A stretch of 64,000 bases of DNA from a virus. The DNA is taken from positions 1 through 64,000 of the IMG/VR virus record IMGVR_UViG_3300046779_002349, one strand, 5' to 3'. The notes beneath the pieces are model-generated. The model was not told the DNA's origin. It did not search any database and saw only the letters and a program-made list of their open reading frames with translations. Of this stretch, positions 9,494 to 19,146 are shown one piece after another. The stretch's first letter is position 1; the number at the start of each line of letters is the position of its first letter. Both the position numbers and the translations under genes were made by a program.

Positions 9494-9528
9494 AAAAAAA
9501 AGATGGGGGATTTTACTCCCCCATCTTT
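9494..9528 (-). terminator. Rho-independent terminator
   Basis: AAAGATGGGGG/CCCCCATCTTT stem followed by a T-run on the minus strand, just after the stop at 9549. Confidence 0.75.
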
Positions 9529-9548
9529 GCATATTAAGCTATGCTACT

Positions 9549-10316
9549 TTATCCAAGCATACTGAGTGCTTTATCGAACTGACTTTTAAACAGATCGATA
9601 TATTTAACATTTAGGTTAATTGTTGCGTTATTGGCTGTAATAACTACACGACCACTCCCTGTTTTGGTTAGAGTGCTGTGGTAAGCGACAAAATCAATAG
9701 CATCTGCTGCAATAACGTAAGTGCTAGCGCCGTCCACAATCTCAATCATGCGTAGGTCAGTTTTAACGCGTATTTTAATTTTATCAGAAGACGTGTCTTC
9801 TTCGACGGGCTTGACGGCCACCTCGCATTGTCCGCAAGCGCAGTCTTCGCAGAAGGCTTCGGTTTTATCAGATTCAGTATATTCCGCTTTTGGTTTAAAG
9901 TCACCGTCCAAAGGAATGATTTTGACGGATTCCATACCAGGTAAACTTTTCAGTTTTTTAATCACGGATTCCACAAAGTCACCCACAGTGGCATTTGTCA
10001 CATTTTTACCGTAAAGCTCCACGCATTCCACCAGTTTTGGAAACAATCGCGAACTTCTTGCGGCGTCTAGCAATGATTTAATTTCGTTGCTAAATTTATC
10101 TGCATTAGAGCTTAGTGGCGCGTCTAGACTAGATTTAGTAATGATGCCTGTACTATGGGACACCAGTTTAGCGAAACCTTCCTCGTCTTTAATCTCTCCT
10201 AGCTGTAAAGCCCAGTCGATGCAATCTTCCGCGCTAATATGTCTTCTAGTTTTCACAAGACCCAATACGATAAAATCAATAAGGAATCCGCTGTCTGTAA
10301 TTTCTTGGTTTGTCAT
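9549..10316 (-). CDS. Hypothetical protein (CxxCxCxxC cluster)
   Basis: 255 aa; FCEDCACGQC. Confidence 0.6.
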   Translation of the reverse strand: MTNQEITDSGFLIDFIVLGLVKTRRHISAEDCIDWALQLGEIKDEEGFAKLVSHSTGIITKSSLDAPLSSNADKFSNEIKSLLDAARSSRLFPKLVECVELYGKNVTNATVGDFVESVIKKLKSLPGMESVKIIPLDGDFKPKAEYTESDKTEAFCEDCACGQCEVAVKPVEEDTSSDKIKIRVKTDLRMIEIVDGASTYVIAADAIDFVAYHSTLTKTGSGRVVITANNATINLNVKYIDLFKSQFDKALSMLG

Positions 10317-10942
10317 TAGATATCAATAAGAAGTTTGTTCCCGACTACGGAAGCTACAGTGTAAGGTCCTACTGCATCACCAGGATTAAAACCTTTTGCA
10401 GGAATAATTGCCGCAATTGTTTTATCCAGATTTTGCTTACTTACCTTAAACGGTACTCTAAAAATCGTCAGACCTTTGTCGGGATTGTGGTCGGACGCTA
10501 CCTCGAAACTACCCCCTGGATAGAAGATAAATTCGATTTGACGAATATGTTCCATCTCTTGTGGAGTACGGCCATTTCGAGAACTCTGAAGGACAGCTGG
10601 GTGAGCAGCAATCGCCTCAATAATTTTTGTTTCTTTGTTTTCAAACAAGATATAATTAAGCCCAGTAGATGTAGCGTATCCGCCTACGGGAACACTGTCT
10701 TCCGCCTTAAGCTTGCCGAACACTTTCTGGAATACTTCCTTGGTGCATCGAGCGTTGACTGGCGTACTAGACGTTCCATTTTTAATCAGGATATAATTAA
10801 ACGAATAAGTAATATTACCTTCTTCGTCTTCACTAACACCTGCATGGCGTACTCTAGGAGATCTGATTGCGCGATACTGCGAAAGATCTTTTTTACTAAG
10901 GGCATATGCTGTTTCAACAGCCTCTTCTAATTTCATTTTCAT
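10316..10942 (-). CDS. Hypothetical protein
   Basis: 208 aa; coupled to both neighbours. Confidence 0.6.
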   Translation of the reverse strand: MKMKLEEAVETAYALSKKDLSQYRAIRSPRVRHAGVSEDEEGNITYSFNYILIKNGTSSTPVNARCTKEVFQKVFGKLKAEDSVPVGGYATSTGLNYILFENKETKIIEAIAAHPAVLQSSRNGRTPQEMEHIRQIEFIFYPGGSFEVASDHNPDKGLTIFRVPFKVSKQNLDKTIAAIIPAKGFNPGDAVGPYTVASVVGNKLLIDI

Positions 10943-11379
10943 AATTTATATGGAATATTATTTTTCTTAAAGTAAACTAGCATCTCAGCTATGTGGGATT
11001 TTCCTTTATCGCTACATTGAGGGCAATGCTTTGAATGGTAAAATTTACCAGGTTGGAATTCAAATCCTGTTTTATCTTTTTTACCTGGCTCAATATGAGC
11101 ATAAATTTCTTTACAGGTAAAACAGCAGAGATGGCTAACTTTTTCAGCGTGTTTAACGCATTCTTGACACACGTTATAAATGGCCTTGCAAACTCCAGTA
11201 TCCACTACTGGAAAAGAGTTAATCGGTTTTACAAGGCCACAAGCACAACGATATTCTGGGTCAACCTTTTTAATTTCAGGTTGCCCAAGTTTATCATTCA
11301 GAAGCAAAATTACTTTTCCTGGATCAGGATTACTCCCCAATTCAGATTTAATAAGTTGATTTACTTCGTCTTGCCGCAT
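10939..11379 (-). CDS. Cys-rich, putative zinc-binding protein
   Basis: CAC, CQEC, CCFTC and HCPQC. Confidence 0.55.
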   Translation of the reverse strand: MRQDEVNQLIKSELGSNPDPGKVILLLNDKLGQPEIKKVDPEYRCACGLVKPINSFPVVDTGVCKAIYNVCQECVKHAEKVSHLCCFTCKEIYAHIEPGKKDKTGFEFQPGKFYHSKHCPQCSDKGKSHIAEMLVYFKKNNIPYKL

Positions 11380-11388
11380 GACTTTTTT

Positions 11389-11416
11389 ATGTTATTACAG
11401 TTTTAAATTTTTGCAA
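11389..11416 (-). promoter_or_regulatory. Sigma70-like promoter TTGCAA-N16-TAACAT
   Basis: Intergenic; 9 nt before the ATG at 11379. Confidence 0.5.
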
Positions 11417-11422
11417 GTATTA

Positions 11423-11731
11423 TTATTCGTAATCACTATAATCTGCGAACTCCTTTAGCTCAGTAGTTCCATCAGGAAACTCTGTGTAAACTGCGCAAAT
11501 CTTTTCATCTGCCTCTGCTAGCACAGCATTGATAAGAGCTAGTACACTTACGGTATAAATTTGATTCCCGTTTGAGTCCAGTTCAGGAGCAACTTGAATC
11601 GTTGGATGTTTATCCAGCAATTCTTTGGAGCAGTTTACTTTTACAGATACTAGTTCCGTAATAGCTTTACGATCAATTTCGAGAGCTGAGTTAAAGCTTT
11701 CGACGACATCTTCGATATATAGGTGTGACAT
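11423..11731 (-). CDS. Hypothetical protein (likely start MSHLYIED)
   Basis: The ATG at 11731 avoids overlap with recQ. Confidence 0.55.
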   Translation of the reverse strand: MSHLYIEDVVESFNSALEIDRKAITELVSVKVNCSKELLDKHPTIQVAPELDSNGNQIYTVSVLALINAVLAEADEKICAVYTEFPDGTTELKEFADYSDYE

Positions 11732-11741
11732 ATTTGTGTTA

Positions 11742-13430
11742 TTATTGTGGAGGAATTCCGAGTTTGGATTCGATAAAGGCGTGTTTCTCTTCATCGGGTA
11801 CAGAAGTATACTCAATAACTTCTTGCAGCTTTTTATGCGCTTCTTCTCGTCGAGCCGCAAGACGAGCAAAGTCGATACTCTGACAGTTACCAATAATTTC
11901 TAGTGGTCCTACTCGGTCAGGAAATTCAACATGGATTCTTTTTTCTAGCGCCCATTGTTTCAACCATTTTTTCGTGGTCTGTGAATTACCAAATCCTAGT
12001 TTCTCGGAGTATTCTTCTAGATCAAAATAGAGGGTAGTTGAGTCGGCGTATTCACCGCACTCTTCCGCTTGAGCAATCCATAGATCATACTTGTCGTCCG
12101 TTCCGTCAGGAGCTACAAGTATTTTTAGTTTGGTCAAGCAGTCCTTTTCTTTTGATCTGCGAATGATATTTTCTGAAGTTAAATTCGCCATGATACTGTC
12201 TATCTGAAAGTTAGACACTCCTGAGAGGCTAGCTAACTGTGACTTTTTGGCAAATGTTTTTCCTGTATTATCTGCAGTCTTACACATAGCGTTATACACT
12301 GCGACAATATCGGATTTGATAGGATAGGAATTTCGTAAGAAAAATTCCTGAGTTCGTACAGAATCGTCACTATAGTAAGTTACGCATACCGCATCTTTAC
12401 CATCGCGACTAGCACGACCAAGTTGCTGGGTCATGGCTTCCACACTAGCAGACAAGTCACGCTCAATAACATGTCTGATATCTGGTTTATCAATACCCAT
12501 ACCAAAGGCAGATGTAGCCAACATTACGCGAACACTACCATTAATGAAACTATCCTGCTGATGTTTCTTTACAGCTGGGGATAATTTACCATGGAAGAAT
12601 CCAATGGGCTCAGAACTAAATTTACCTAGTTCTTCTGCAATCTCTTCTACTTTTTTAATTGTGGTACAGTAAATCAAAGTAGATCCTGGAACCTCTCTAA
12701 TGTCTTGCAACAAATCGTAATTATTACGAAGTGGTCTGGACGTTAGTTTGAGATTTGTTCTACGAGGGTAGTAAACGATTTTATGGGCTGTCTTCAATCC
12801 TAGCACCCAACGTATGTCTTGCTCGACTGGAGGTGGACAAGTTGCAGTAAACGCAGCTACTACTTTAGGATTGAAACGATTAATAAAATCTCCAGCGGAT
12901 TTATAGGATGGTCTAAAGTTATCAGACCAACTAGAAATACTGTGGGCCTCGTCGATCACTACGCAATCTGGAGGTGTTTTATTACAGGCTGCAATAAAGT
13001 CTTCGTTGTTAACTCGTTCTGGAGCAATATAGAGAAAGTTTAGATCTCCATTTGCCCAGTCTTTCATGGTTGCAAGATTTTGTGCAGGAGTATTCAACGA
13101 GGTCAATTCTCCCGCCGCAATACCCTTATTCCACAATCCTTTCATCTGATCTCGAATCAAAGCTACGAGAGGAGATATAACGATTGTTTTCCACTCATGA
13201 CATAGAGTTGGAACTACGAAGCACGCAGTCTTACCAAGCGAAGTAGGGAGGATACATACCACATCAGATTCGCTGAGTAAGTGATACACTACACCATCCT
13301 GTCCTTTTCTTAGTCCAGAGAAGCCCATTTGATTTAAAACTGCAGGCAGCTTCCTGAGGCCTTTTTTCAAGGACTCTGTATTAATTATCGTGTTTCTTGT
13401 AGGAAATCTATCTGTCAGTGTTTCGATCAT
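11742..13430 (-). CDS. recQ: RecQ-family DNA helicase
   Basis: LPTSLGKT, VISPLVALIRDQ, LYIAPER, VIDEAHSISSWSDNFRPSY, FTAT, ATSAFGMGIDKPDIR, QQLGRASRDG. Confidence 0.93.
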   Translation of the reverse strand: MIETLTDRFPTRNTIINTESLKKGLRKLPAVLNQMGFSGLRKGQDGVVYHLLSESDVVCILPTSLGKTACFVVPTLCHEWKTIVISPLVALIRDQMKGLWNKGIAAGELTSLNTPAQNLATMKDWANGDLNFLYIAPERVNNEDFIAACNKTPPDCVVIDEAHSISSWSDNFRPSYKSAGDFINRFNPKVVAAFTATCPPPVEQDIRWVLGLKTAHKIVYYPRRTNLKLTSRPLRNNYDLLQDIREVPGSTLIYCTTIKKVEEIAEELGKFSSEPIGFFHGKLSPAVKKHQQDSFINGSVRVMLATSAFGMGIDKPDIRHVIERDLSASVEAMTQQLGRASRDGKDAVCVTYYSDDSVRTQEFFLRNSYPIKSDIVAVYNAMCKTADNTGKTFAKKSQLASLSGVSNFQIDSIMANLTSENIIRRSKEKDCLTKLKILVAPDGTDDKYDLWIAQAEECGEYADSTTLYFDLEEYSEKLGFGNSQTTKKWLKQWALEKRIHVEFPDRVGPLEIIGNCQSIDFARLAARREEAHKKLQEVIEYTSVPDEEKHAFIESKLGIPPQ

Positions 13431-13432
13431 AT

Positions 13433-13723
13433 TTATTCTTCTTCTACTTTTTTGATTAATTGGTAGCCCCCAGTAGCAGCAGTAGCAGCGTAGTAACTAG
13501 CTACATGCTTTCCGTCTTTTTTCATTTCACTTACGATCTGATGCTTTGGGCGCATGTCTATTTTCGCTTCTTTAAGAAATATCAAGAACTCTCCTATGTC
13601 GTCAAATTCTGCGGCTGGATAAACTCCAGTCATTTCAAAATTTGCCTCATTTAGGAGTTGCTCTTCGTTCTCGATGGTTATTGTAGGGTTTAGAAGTTTA
13701 TATTTTAGTCTGACGTTTTCCAC
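13433..13723 (-). CDS. Hypothetical protein
   Basis: 96 aa ORF. Confidence 0.55.
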   Translation of the reverse strand: MENVRLKYKLLNPTITIENEEQLLNEANFEMTGVYPAAEFDDIGEFLIFLKEAKIDMRPKHQIVSEMKKDGKHVASYYAATAATGGYQLIKKVEEE

Positions 13724-14158
13724 TTATATGATGCAAGCATAGGCTGATATGTTAAGACGCTTGTTAAAGGTTGTGAGTTTAGTTGTTATAGTCTTTCTTT
13801 CATTGTGAAAAGAAAGCGAGTCGGAGTACCACGGAACACTACTTGCCAGAATAACACAACTGTCTACGGGTCTGTAAGGATCACAGAACAGAAATAAGTT
13901 ATCAGACTCTCTGATCTTATTCCAGAATGTGGATTTATTAACAGGGTTTAGTAGTTCAGCTGCTACTGGAAATTTATCCGTAACTAATACTACGTCTGAG
14001 ATGCGAAATGGTAGATGATCTAGGTGGTCGTCAGCGTTAGCAAGAATATTTATGATTGAAGCATTAGGAGAAAATAGTTTCTCCGAAAGACCCAATGACT
14101 TTAAAATTCTATGACGCAGCAAGCCGCTATCCCATCCCCAATCTGATTGTTTTTTCAT
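13724..14158 (-). CDS. Hypothetical protein
   Basis: 144 aa ORF. Confidence 0.55.
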   Translation of the reverse strand: MKKQSDWGWDSGLLRHRILKSLGLSEKLFSPNASIINILANADDHLDHLPFRISDVVLVTDKFPVAAELLNPVNKSTFWNKIRESDNLFLFCDPYRPVDSCVILASSVPWYSDSLSFHNERKTITTKLTTFNKRLNISAYACII

Positions 14159-14171
14159 AGTAATGATTTTA

Positions 14172-14196
14172 CCTAGGGGAGAATTTCTCCCCTAGG
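14172..14196. terminator. Intergenic 11-bp hairpin, possible terminator
   Basis: CCTAGGGGAGA-ATT-TCTCCCCTAGG. Confidence 0.5.
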
Positions 14197-14207
14197 ATTT
14201 TGTTAAC

Positions 14208-14405
14208 TTATTCTAAAAGAATCCTACGAGATAGAATATCTTCGTATGAATTCATCACCATCAACTGTTCGAGTAGCAAGTCTTTCTTCTCTTGGGCTAA
14301 AACTTCATAAACGATGGACTCGTTAATGAACGCTTTAAGTTTACGGATTTTATCCTGAAGTGCTTGTCTTTCTGTGTACAGTTTACTTAATACTTCGTTT
14401 GACAT
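14208..14405 (-). CDS. Small coiled-coil phage protein (crAss001_48-like family)
   Basis: ERQALQDKIRKLKAFI...KDLLLEQLMVMNSYEDILSRRI matches the pattern of this family. Confidence 0.6.
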   Translation of the reverse strand: MSNEVLSKLYTERQALQDKIRKLKAFINESIVYEVLAQEKKDLLLEQLMVMNSYEDILSRRILLE

Positions 14406-14414
14406 AATAACCTA

Positions 14415-14801
14415 TTATTTAAAGGACTCGACAACCATAAACTGTTTCGGAATCTGGACGAAGAATCGTTGTTCTCCGCTAAAGTCACCAACAAGGTCAT
14501 TCCGTTTATACTCCCGAAGAGCTTCTCTGGTTTTTGCGTAAAGATGGATTTTCTTTGTGCGGTCGTAAGAGTACCACAATGACAAAGTATTTGGTACTTC
14601 GTCATTCAAATAAAATGCATCATTATCTAGTTTTCTTTTATTCGCGTTGGACTCAGCACGAGCCGTTTCTTTATTGGTAAGTATAATTACGTTAGGGCTG
14701 ATTTTTACAGCGTAGATGATCCCTTCTCTGTCTGATGCTGGAAATACTCCAGGAGCTACATTTAATGAATGTGGGAATGTATAAGAAATATAATTTGTCA
14801 T
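14415..14801 (-). CDS. Hypothetical protein
   Basis: 128 aa ORF. Confidence 0.55.
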   Translation of the reverse strand: MTNYISYTFPHSLNVAPGVFPASDREGIIYAVKISPNVIILTNKETARAESNANKRKLDNDAFYLNDEVPNTLSLWYSYDRTKKIHLYAKTREALREYKRNDLVGDFSGEQRFFVQIPKQFMVVESFK

Positions 14802-14813
14802 ATGTTTAATTAA

Positions 14814-15146
14814 TTAAGCTAGTTGTCCAAGTCGGCAGTGGTGGTCAAGGCTGATGCCTACATTTTCTAGGCACGATTGCGGCAAGCCGTGAGCACGACA
14901 CAAGCGGCGACCTACTTCTCTAGTTCGGAAGTTTGGTACTGCAATTTTAGCTTTACCTTTACGAGAAAGGTTACCTCCAGTGATTTTGATTCCACTGTAA
15001 GCAACAGCTCTAGCGGAATCTCTGCTACCAGTCAAAAACAAATTTTTATCGTTTTTAGCATACCAGATGTTTCCTTTTGTAGAAAACCAATCGGAACCTA
15101 CGCGGGATTTTTTATTATTATGTTTTGTATAATGAATCATGTTCAT
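14814..15146 (-). CDS. Hypothetical basic protein
   Basis: 110 aa ORF. Confidence 0.55.
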   Translation of the reverse strand: MNMIHYTKHNNKKSRVGSDWFSTKGNIWYAKNDKNLFLTGSRDSARAVAYSGIKITGGNLSRKGKAKIAVPNFRTREVGRRLCRAHGLPQSCLENVGISLDHHCRLGQLA

Positions 15147-15157
15147 AATTATTTGTA

Positions 15158-15466
15158 TTAGTTGTTCTTGATACTAATGCAGAATTGCAGCTGCATTATT
15201 AGGGTAGAAAGAGCCACTTCTGACTCCTCTACACTGATTCTGTACTTGAGTAAATCGATTACATTTTTCCTGTAATCTGAATTTACTTTTGCACTTTCTA
15301 AACGCACAAAGATAGAACCAGGAATTCTATCGAAAGAAGAGGCTAAGGAAGCCAGTTCATTTGACAGAATAGGGTTGGTTTTATCGTTGGCGAAAAATTC
15401 GTAAATTTCAGTAATAGATTTTTGCATATTTAAATTTAGTAACCTGCAATATTGCATGATTTGCAC
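15158..15466 (-). CDS. Hypothetical protein
   Basis: ORF between recA and the next gene; true start probably MQKSITE. Confidence 0.5.
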   Translation of the reverse strand: MQIMQYCRLLNLNMQKSITEIYEFFANDKTNPILSNELASLASSFDRIPGSIFVRLESAKVNSDYRKNVIDLLKYRISVEESEVALSTLIMQLQFCISIKNN

Positions 15467-16764
15467 AGCTCCACAAATTGAGGGTAGTTTTCCTCTTTGA
15501 GTAGAGCTTCATAAAATTCACTAGATGGGGCACCAGATACTCCTAGAATTTCTGATGTATACCTTCTCATGTTGCACTTAGTACCAAAGAAACCTTTTTC
15601 AAGAAGCCACTCGCTGACCCAACGGTCAAAACGAATTGGTCTATCCTTGAATGTTTCGGTGTCTTGGTATCCATCGTTAATAAGATCCCACTCAGCAATA
15701 CGATTCTCTGGACCATAACTATTCTTTTGAATTCTAGCCCGAATTGTTTTACCGATAGGATCATTTGCGCTATTTTTTACCTGACCTTTATTCACCAGAA
15801 TCAGCTGCAAGGAGTCGAGCTGGTCGAAACCTTTACCGCCTACTTTGGTAGTATTGCGCAGCGCCATTGCATCGGCTGGTATGTAGGATGGAGTTCCTGA
15901 CATATCAATCTTTGCGTTTTGGTGTTGCACCAGAATCAGAGTAAAGTTATACCGATCCATGAGTTGAGGCAGCTGACGTGCCCAACGGTGGCTGGCCTTT
16001 GCGTGACCGAGATTAGACAGACTTAGCAAATCCTTCTCTTTCCCGCTGTTAGCACTACCGTAATTATACACGCCTGCAGCTTCTGCATCAGACATTAGCT
16101 TACCCCATGGGTCAATACAAACAACTAGTGGTACATGTAGGGGTACTACGACTCCAACTTTTCTACCAGCTGTTTCCTCACCTCGCATAACCTCAACCCA
16201 TTCTTTCATTTTTGTGAAAGACTCCTCAAGTGATCTGGCGCTATCCATAAATATAGCTTCAGACACCTGTTGTCCGAGTACGGGATCTGGCGATGCAATA
16301 CGGGCTACGTGGCTACCCGATAGAGGTTTAGCCTCACACTCCTGATAGTAACAAGGAACACCTAGCTTTACAGCAGAAGCAATTAGGTGCATACACAAAG
16401 TGGACTTACCTGTACTCTCTCCACCGATGATTTCGATAAGAGCTTTCAATGGTAGCCCGATGTTTCCGAACATATACTGATATGTAAATTCCTCCAATGG
16501 TAACATAGCCTTCTGAGAGTTACCTACAGTAGTAAGGCTGAAGTTTCCATTTTTCTTTCTATTGCTTACGGAGGATACAATGGAAGTAACTTCTTCCATT
16601 AACGATTTGTTACCGATTACTGAAAACCCGTAACCAGCAAATTTTTTAGGAGCAGAAATTTCTACCTCCGCTGTAGGTTCCTCTACAGCCTCCAAGGGTT
16701 CGTCTGCTTCTGTAATATCTGAATTATCGAACGTATCGATATCTATTTTTTTCTTTCTTCCCAT
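15436..16764 (-). CDS. recA: RecA/UvsX-like recombinase
   Basis: GLPLKALIEIIGGESTGKST (Walker A), VVCIDPWG (Walker B), LILVQHQ, GGKG, RIQKNSYGP; start taken at MGRKKK (16764). Confidence 0.85.
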   Translation of the reverse strand: MGRKKKIDIDTFDNSDITEADEPLEAVEEPTAEVEISAPKKFAGYGFSVIGNKSLMEEVTSIVSSVSNRKKNGNFSLTTVGNSQKAMLPLEEFTYQYMFGNIGLPLKALIEIIGGESTGKSTLCMHLIASAVKLGVPCYYQECEAKPLSGSHVARIASPDPVLGQQVSEAIFMDSARSLEESFTKMKEWVEVMRGEETAGRKVGVVVPLHVPLVVCIDPWGKLMSDAEAAGVYNYGSANSGKEKDLLSLSNLGHAKASHRWARQLPQLMDRYNFTLILVQHQNAKIDMSGTPSYIPADAMALRNTTKVGGKGFDQLDSLQLILVNKGQVKNSANDPIGKTIRARIQKNSYGPENRIAEWDLINDGYQDTETFKDRPIRFDRWVSEWLLEKGFFGTKCNMRRYTSEILGVSGAPSSEFYEALLKEENYPQFVELCKSCNIAGY

Positions 16765-16823
16765 AAATTTTGTAGGTCGGCACTTGATACGCCATATCGA
16801 CTGACGCATCAAGTGCTTTTTTT

Positions 16824-17399
16824 TTAAATATTAATAATTACTTTTTTGTGGTTTACGCTTTTACAGTGAATGGTGTACGGATCAAACACCACTACTCCCT
16901 GATCCCCCATAAATCCAGGGATTAATGCGAGATGTAATGTAGGACATTTAATCAGTATTTCTTCATGAATCTTAGGGTAGATACTCTGTAAACTTTTTAG
17001 AAGTTTTTCTTCTGTAAACGGCGTTTCCAGATAACAATCAGCCGAAACCCCTCTATGTTCATCACCTTCTCGATAGTAGGTGACATTGTCTATAAAAGGG
17101 TACTGAGCTTCATCCTCCATAACAGCAAACACAATTGGTAGACCAGTAATTCTTGGTATATCCAAGTAGTTTAAACTTTTTGAGAGTGTCTCCACAGTCC
17201 TTCTAGTGTCAGTAACACTAAAAAGGTTTGCAATACTCTCTACAGATACACCAGTCACAAATGAATCATCACCAGTGACTCTGTGTACGTAACCAGGAGG
17301 CAACTCGACATTTTCTGGTACACGCCTTTCAAAAACTTCTAGCGTGAAACAGAAATTGCCTGTCGGGCTGGCATATGCAGCGTCTCCAAATATTTTCAT
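16824..17399 (-). CDS. Hypothetical protein
   Basis: 191 aa ORF. Confidence 0.55.
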   Translation of the reverse strand: MKIFGDAAYASPTGNFCFTLEVFERRVPENVELPPGYVHRVTGDDSFVTGVSVESIANLFSVTDTRRTVETLSKSLNYLDIPRITGLPIVFAVMEDEAQYPFIDNVTYYREGDEHRGVSADCYLETPFTEEKLLKSLQSIYPKIHEEILIKCPTLHLALIPGFMGDQGVVVFDPYTIHCKSVNHKKVIINI

Positions 17400-17405
17400 G
17401 AATCA

Positions 17406-18722
17406 TTAAGATTGTTTACCATTCATGTAACGCACAATAGCTGCATTATCTTTCAGGTAGGACACGAAGTGAATAGTAGGATCGGTAGCCTTCAAGGCTT
17501 CCACTTCCTTATCAATCCGCTCCGCAAACTGCTTATCTGTTTCCTCTGCTGGTGGACCTGCTGGAGCTGGGATTCCAGGAGCAAAAGGAAGCGGATTATC
17601 TGGATGCACATTATGAACGGCTGTTGGTTGAGTAACGGGAGCTTGCTGCGGTACAGGGGGCTGATAAGCAGGTTGCGTATGCTGCGCTACAAATGCCGCA
17701 GGAATCTCGGGACTTGCATATTGCGGAGGGGTAGCAAATGAAGTGGACTGAGAATCATAAGATACTGGAGCACGCTCTGGGAAGTCGCAGAAGTTACCGC
17801 AAATTTCCTTCATGAACTCAAGTGGAATTTCATTATCCTCTACCAATCGATCTACAATTTCTTGAGCCGAAGGAATGTTCCATACTGCATCGATGTCAAA
17901 GAAGTTGTAACGCCCAGCCAAAGCTTGCGTATTAACTGGAACAACAGCCGACCCCTGCAGAGTCTTATCGCCGCTGGAAAATACCATCGTGTTTACACCG
18001 ATACCGCGTTCGTTATTGGATGTAGCCACTTTAACAGCGTGATCTGCCCGTAGACCTGTCTCTGGATGTGTAACATCGCCAAACAGGAAATCTTGCCACT
18101 GCATGTCCCGAGGAGCCTGAGAACGCAGACCAGCTTCGTCGAGCAGATCTTTCGTCATACCCATACCAGTCTCCGACATAACAAGCAACGTATTAATATA
18201 TTCATTCTTTGGATCGACATGTCCGTAGAAATTCATTACAGCACAACGCTTTGGAGCGGCCAGAGGGAGGTTTACAACTTCCGTATTATTGGCTGGTTTC
18301 ATTACTAGGTTACGAAGATGCATGTGCTGGGTATCGTTACGACGAATCTTCCAGAACATAGTCTTCACTGGGTCAAAGCTTTCCGCTGCAGAGATACCAG
18401 GATTAAACTGCTTACGAACCTCTGGACTTACAAAGAAGTGACGGCTCTTGCCAAGGTAAGTGTACATGTCGAAATAGAAGAACCAACTACGGAACATAGG
18501 AATACCTTGATCCGAAAGTCGGTTATTATCTCTATAAGGAACGAAGCTAGTTTTGAATGCTTCGTCCTTAGGATTCAATGAGAAGTCAAAGCTGGGTAGA
18601 ATTCTACCTGATGCTTTATTTGTCTTGCTCAAAACTAAATAGTTAACACCTTCCTTAGTAAGGCGAAGGTTGTTTCTTGTTGTATTTGTTGGTGTATTTT
18701 CGTCTGGGTAATGTGGGTACAT
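17406..18722 (-). CDS. Possible single-stranded DNA-binding protein with a Pro/Gln-rich linker
   Basis: Lies between recA and the polymerase; GRILPSF resembles gp32-type IRFLP; low-complexity P/Q/A C-terminal part. Confidence 0.35.
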   Translation of the reverse strand: MYPHYPDENTPTNTTRNNLRLTKEGVNYLVLSKTNKASGRILPSFDFSLNPKDEAFKTSFVPYRDNNRLSDQGIPMFRSWFFYFDMYTYLGKSRHFFVSPEVRKQFNPGISAAESFDPVKTMFWKIRRNDTQHMHLRNLVMKPANNTEVVNLPLAAPKRCAVMNFYGHVDPKNEYINTLLVMSETGMGMTKDLLDEAGLRSQAPRDMQWQDFLFGDVTHPETGLRADHAVKVATSNNERGIGVNTMVFSSGDKTLQGSAVVPVNTQALAGRYNFFDIDAVWNIPSAQEIVDRLVEDNEIPLEFMKEICGNFCDFPERAPVSYDSQSTSFATPPQYASPEIPAAFVAQHTQPAYQPPVPQQAPVTQPTAVHNVHPDNPLPFAPGIPAPAGPPAEETDKQFAERIDKEVEALKATDPTIHFVSYLKDNAAIVRYMNGKQS

Positions 18723-18786
18723 ATGTTAGAGTGGTTGTATTTTGTGTATTAATTTAAAGAAAGAAAACTCTAAATATGAATAGATA

Positions 18787-19146
18787 TTACGCTTTGTCTG
18801 CTCTGTTCTGAGCAGCTTCATTGGAATATTTTATGCCTTCATATCTTACTTTTAACTTCTCTATGTTTTGGTGAAGTGTCTCTTCGCGGCTTATATTGAG
18901 TAGTTGTCGAATATGTTCAAGGAAAAATTCAATATCCCCCAATTCTTCAACAACATTATCTCGGTCTAAATCTTTTTCATAAATAACATAACGCTTTAAT
19001 GCGTCAATCAGTTCGCCTACTTCTCCAGTGAGGCCAAACCCCATATGGAGTATATCGGCTTTTTCTGGAGTAAGTGACTCTAAAATGGATTTTCCTGGTT
19101 TGACCAAGGATTTTACCATATCTTCAAATTTAATATCTTCGCTCAT
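18787..19146 (-). CDS. MazG-like NTP pyrophosphohydrolase
   Basis: GLTGEVGELIDALKR...VVEELGDIEFFL...NIEKLKVRY. Confidence 0.88.
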   Translation of the reverse strand: MSEDIKFEDMVKSLVKPGKSILESLTPEKADILHMGFGLTGEVGELIDALKRYVIYEKDLDRDNVVEELGDIEFFLEHIRQLLNISREETLHQNIEKLKVRYEGIKYSNEAAQNRADKA

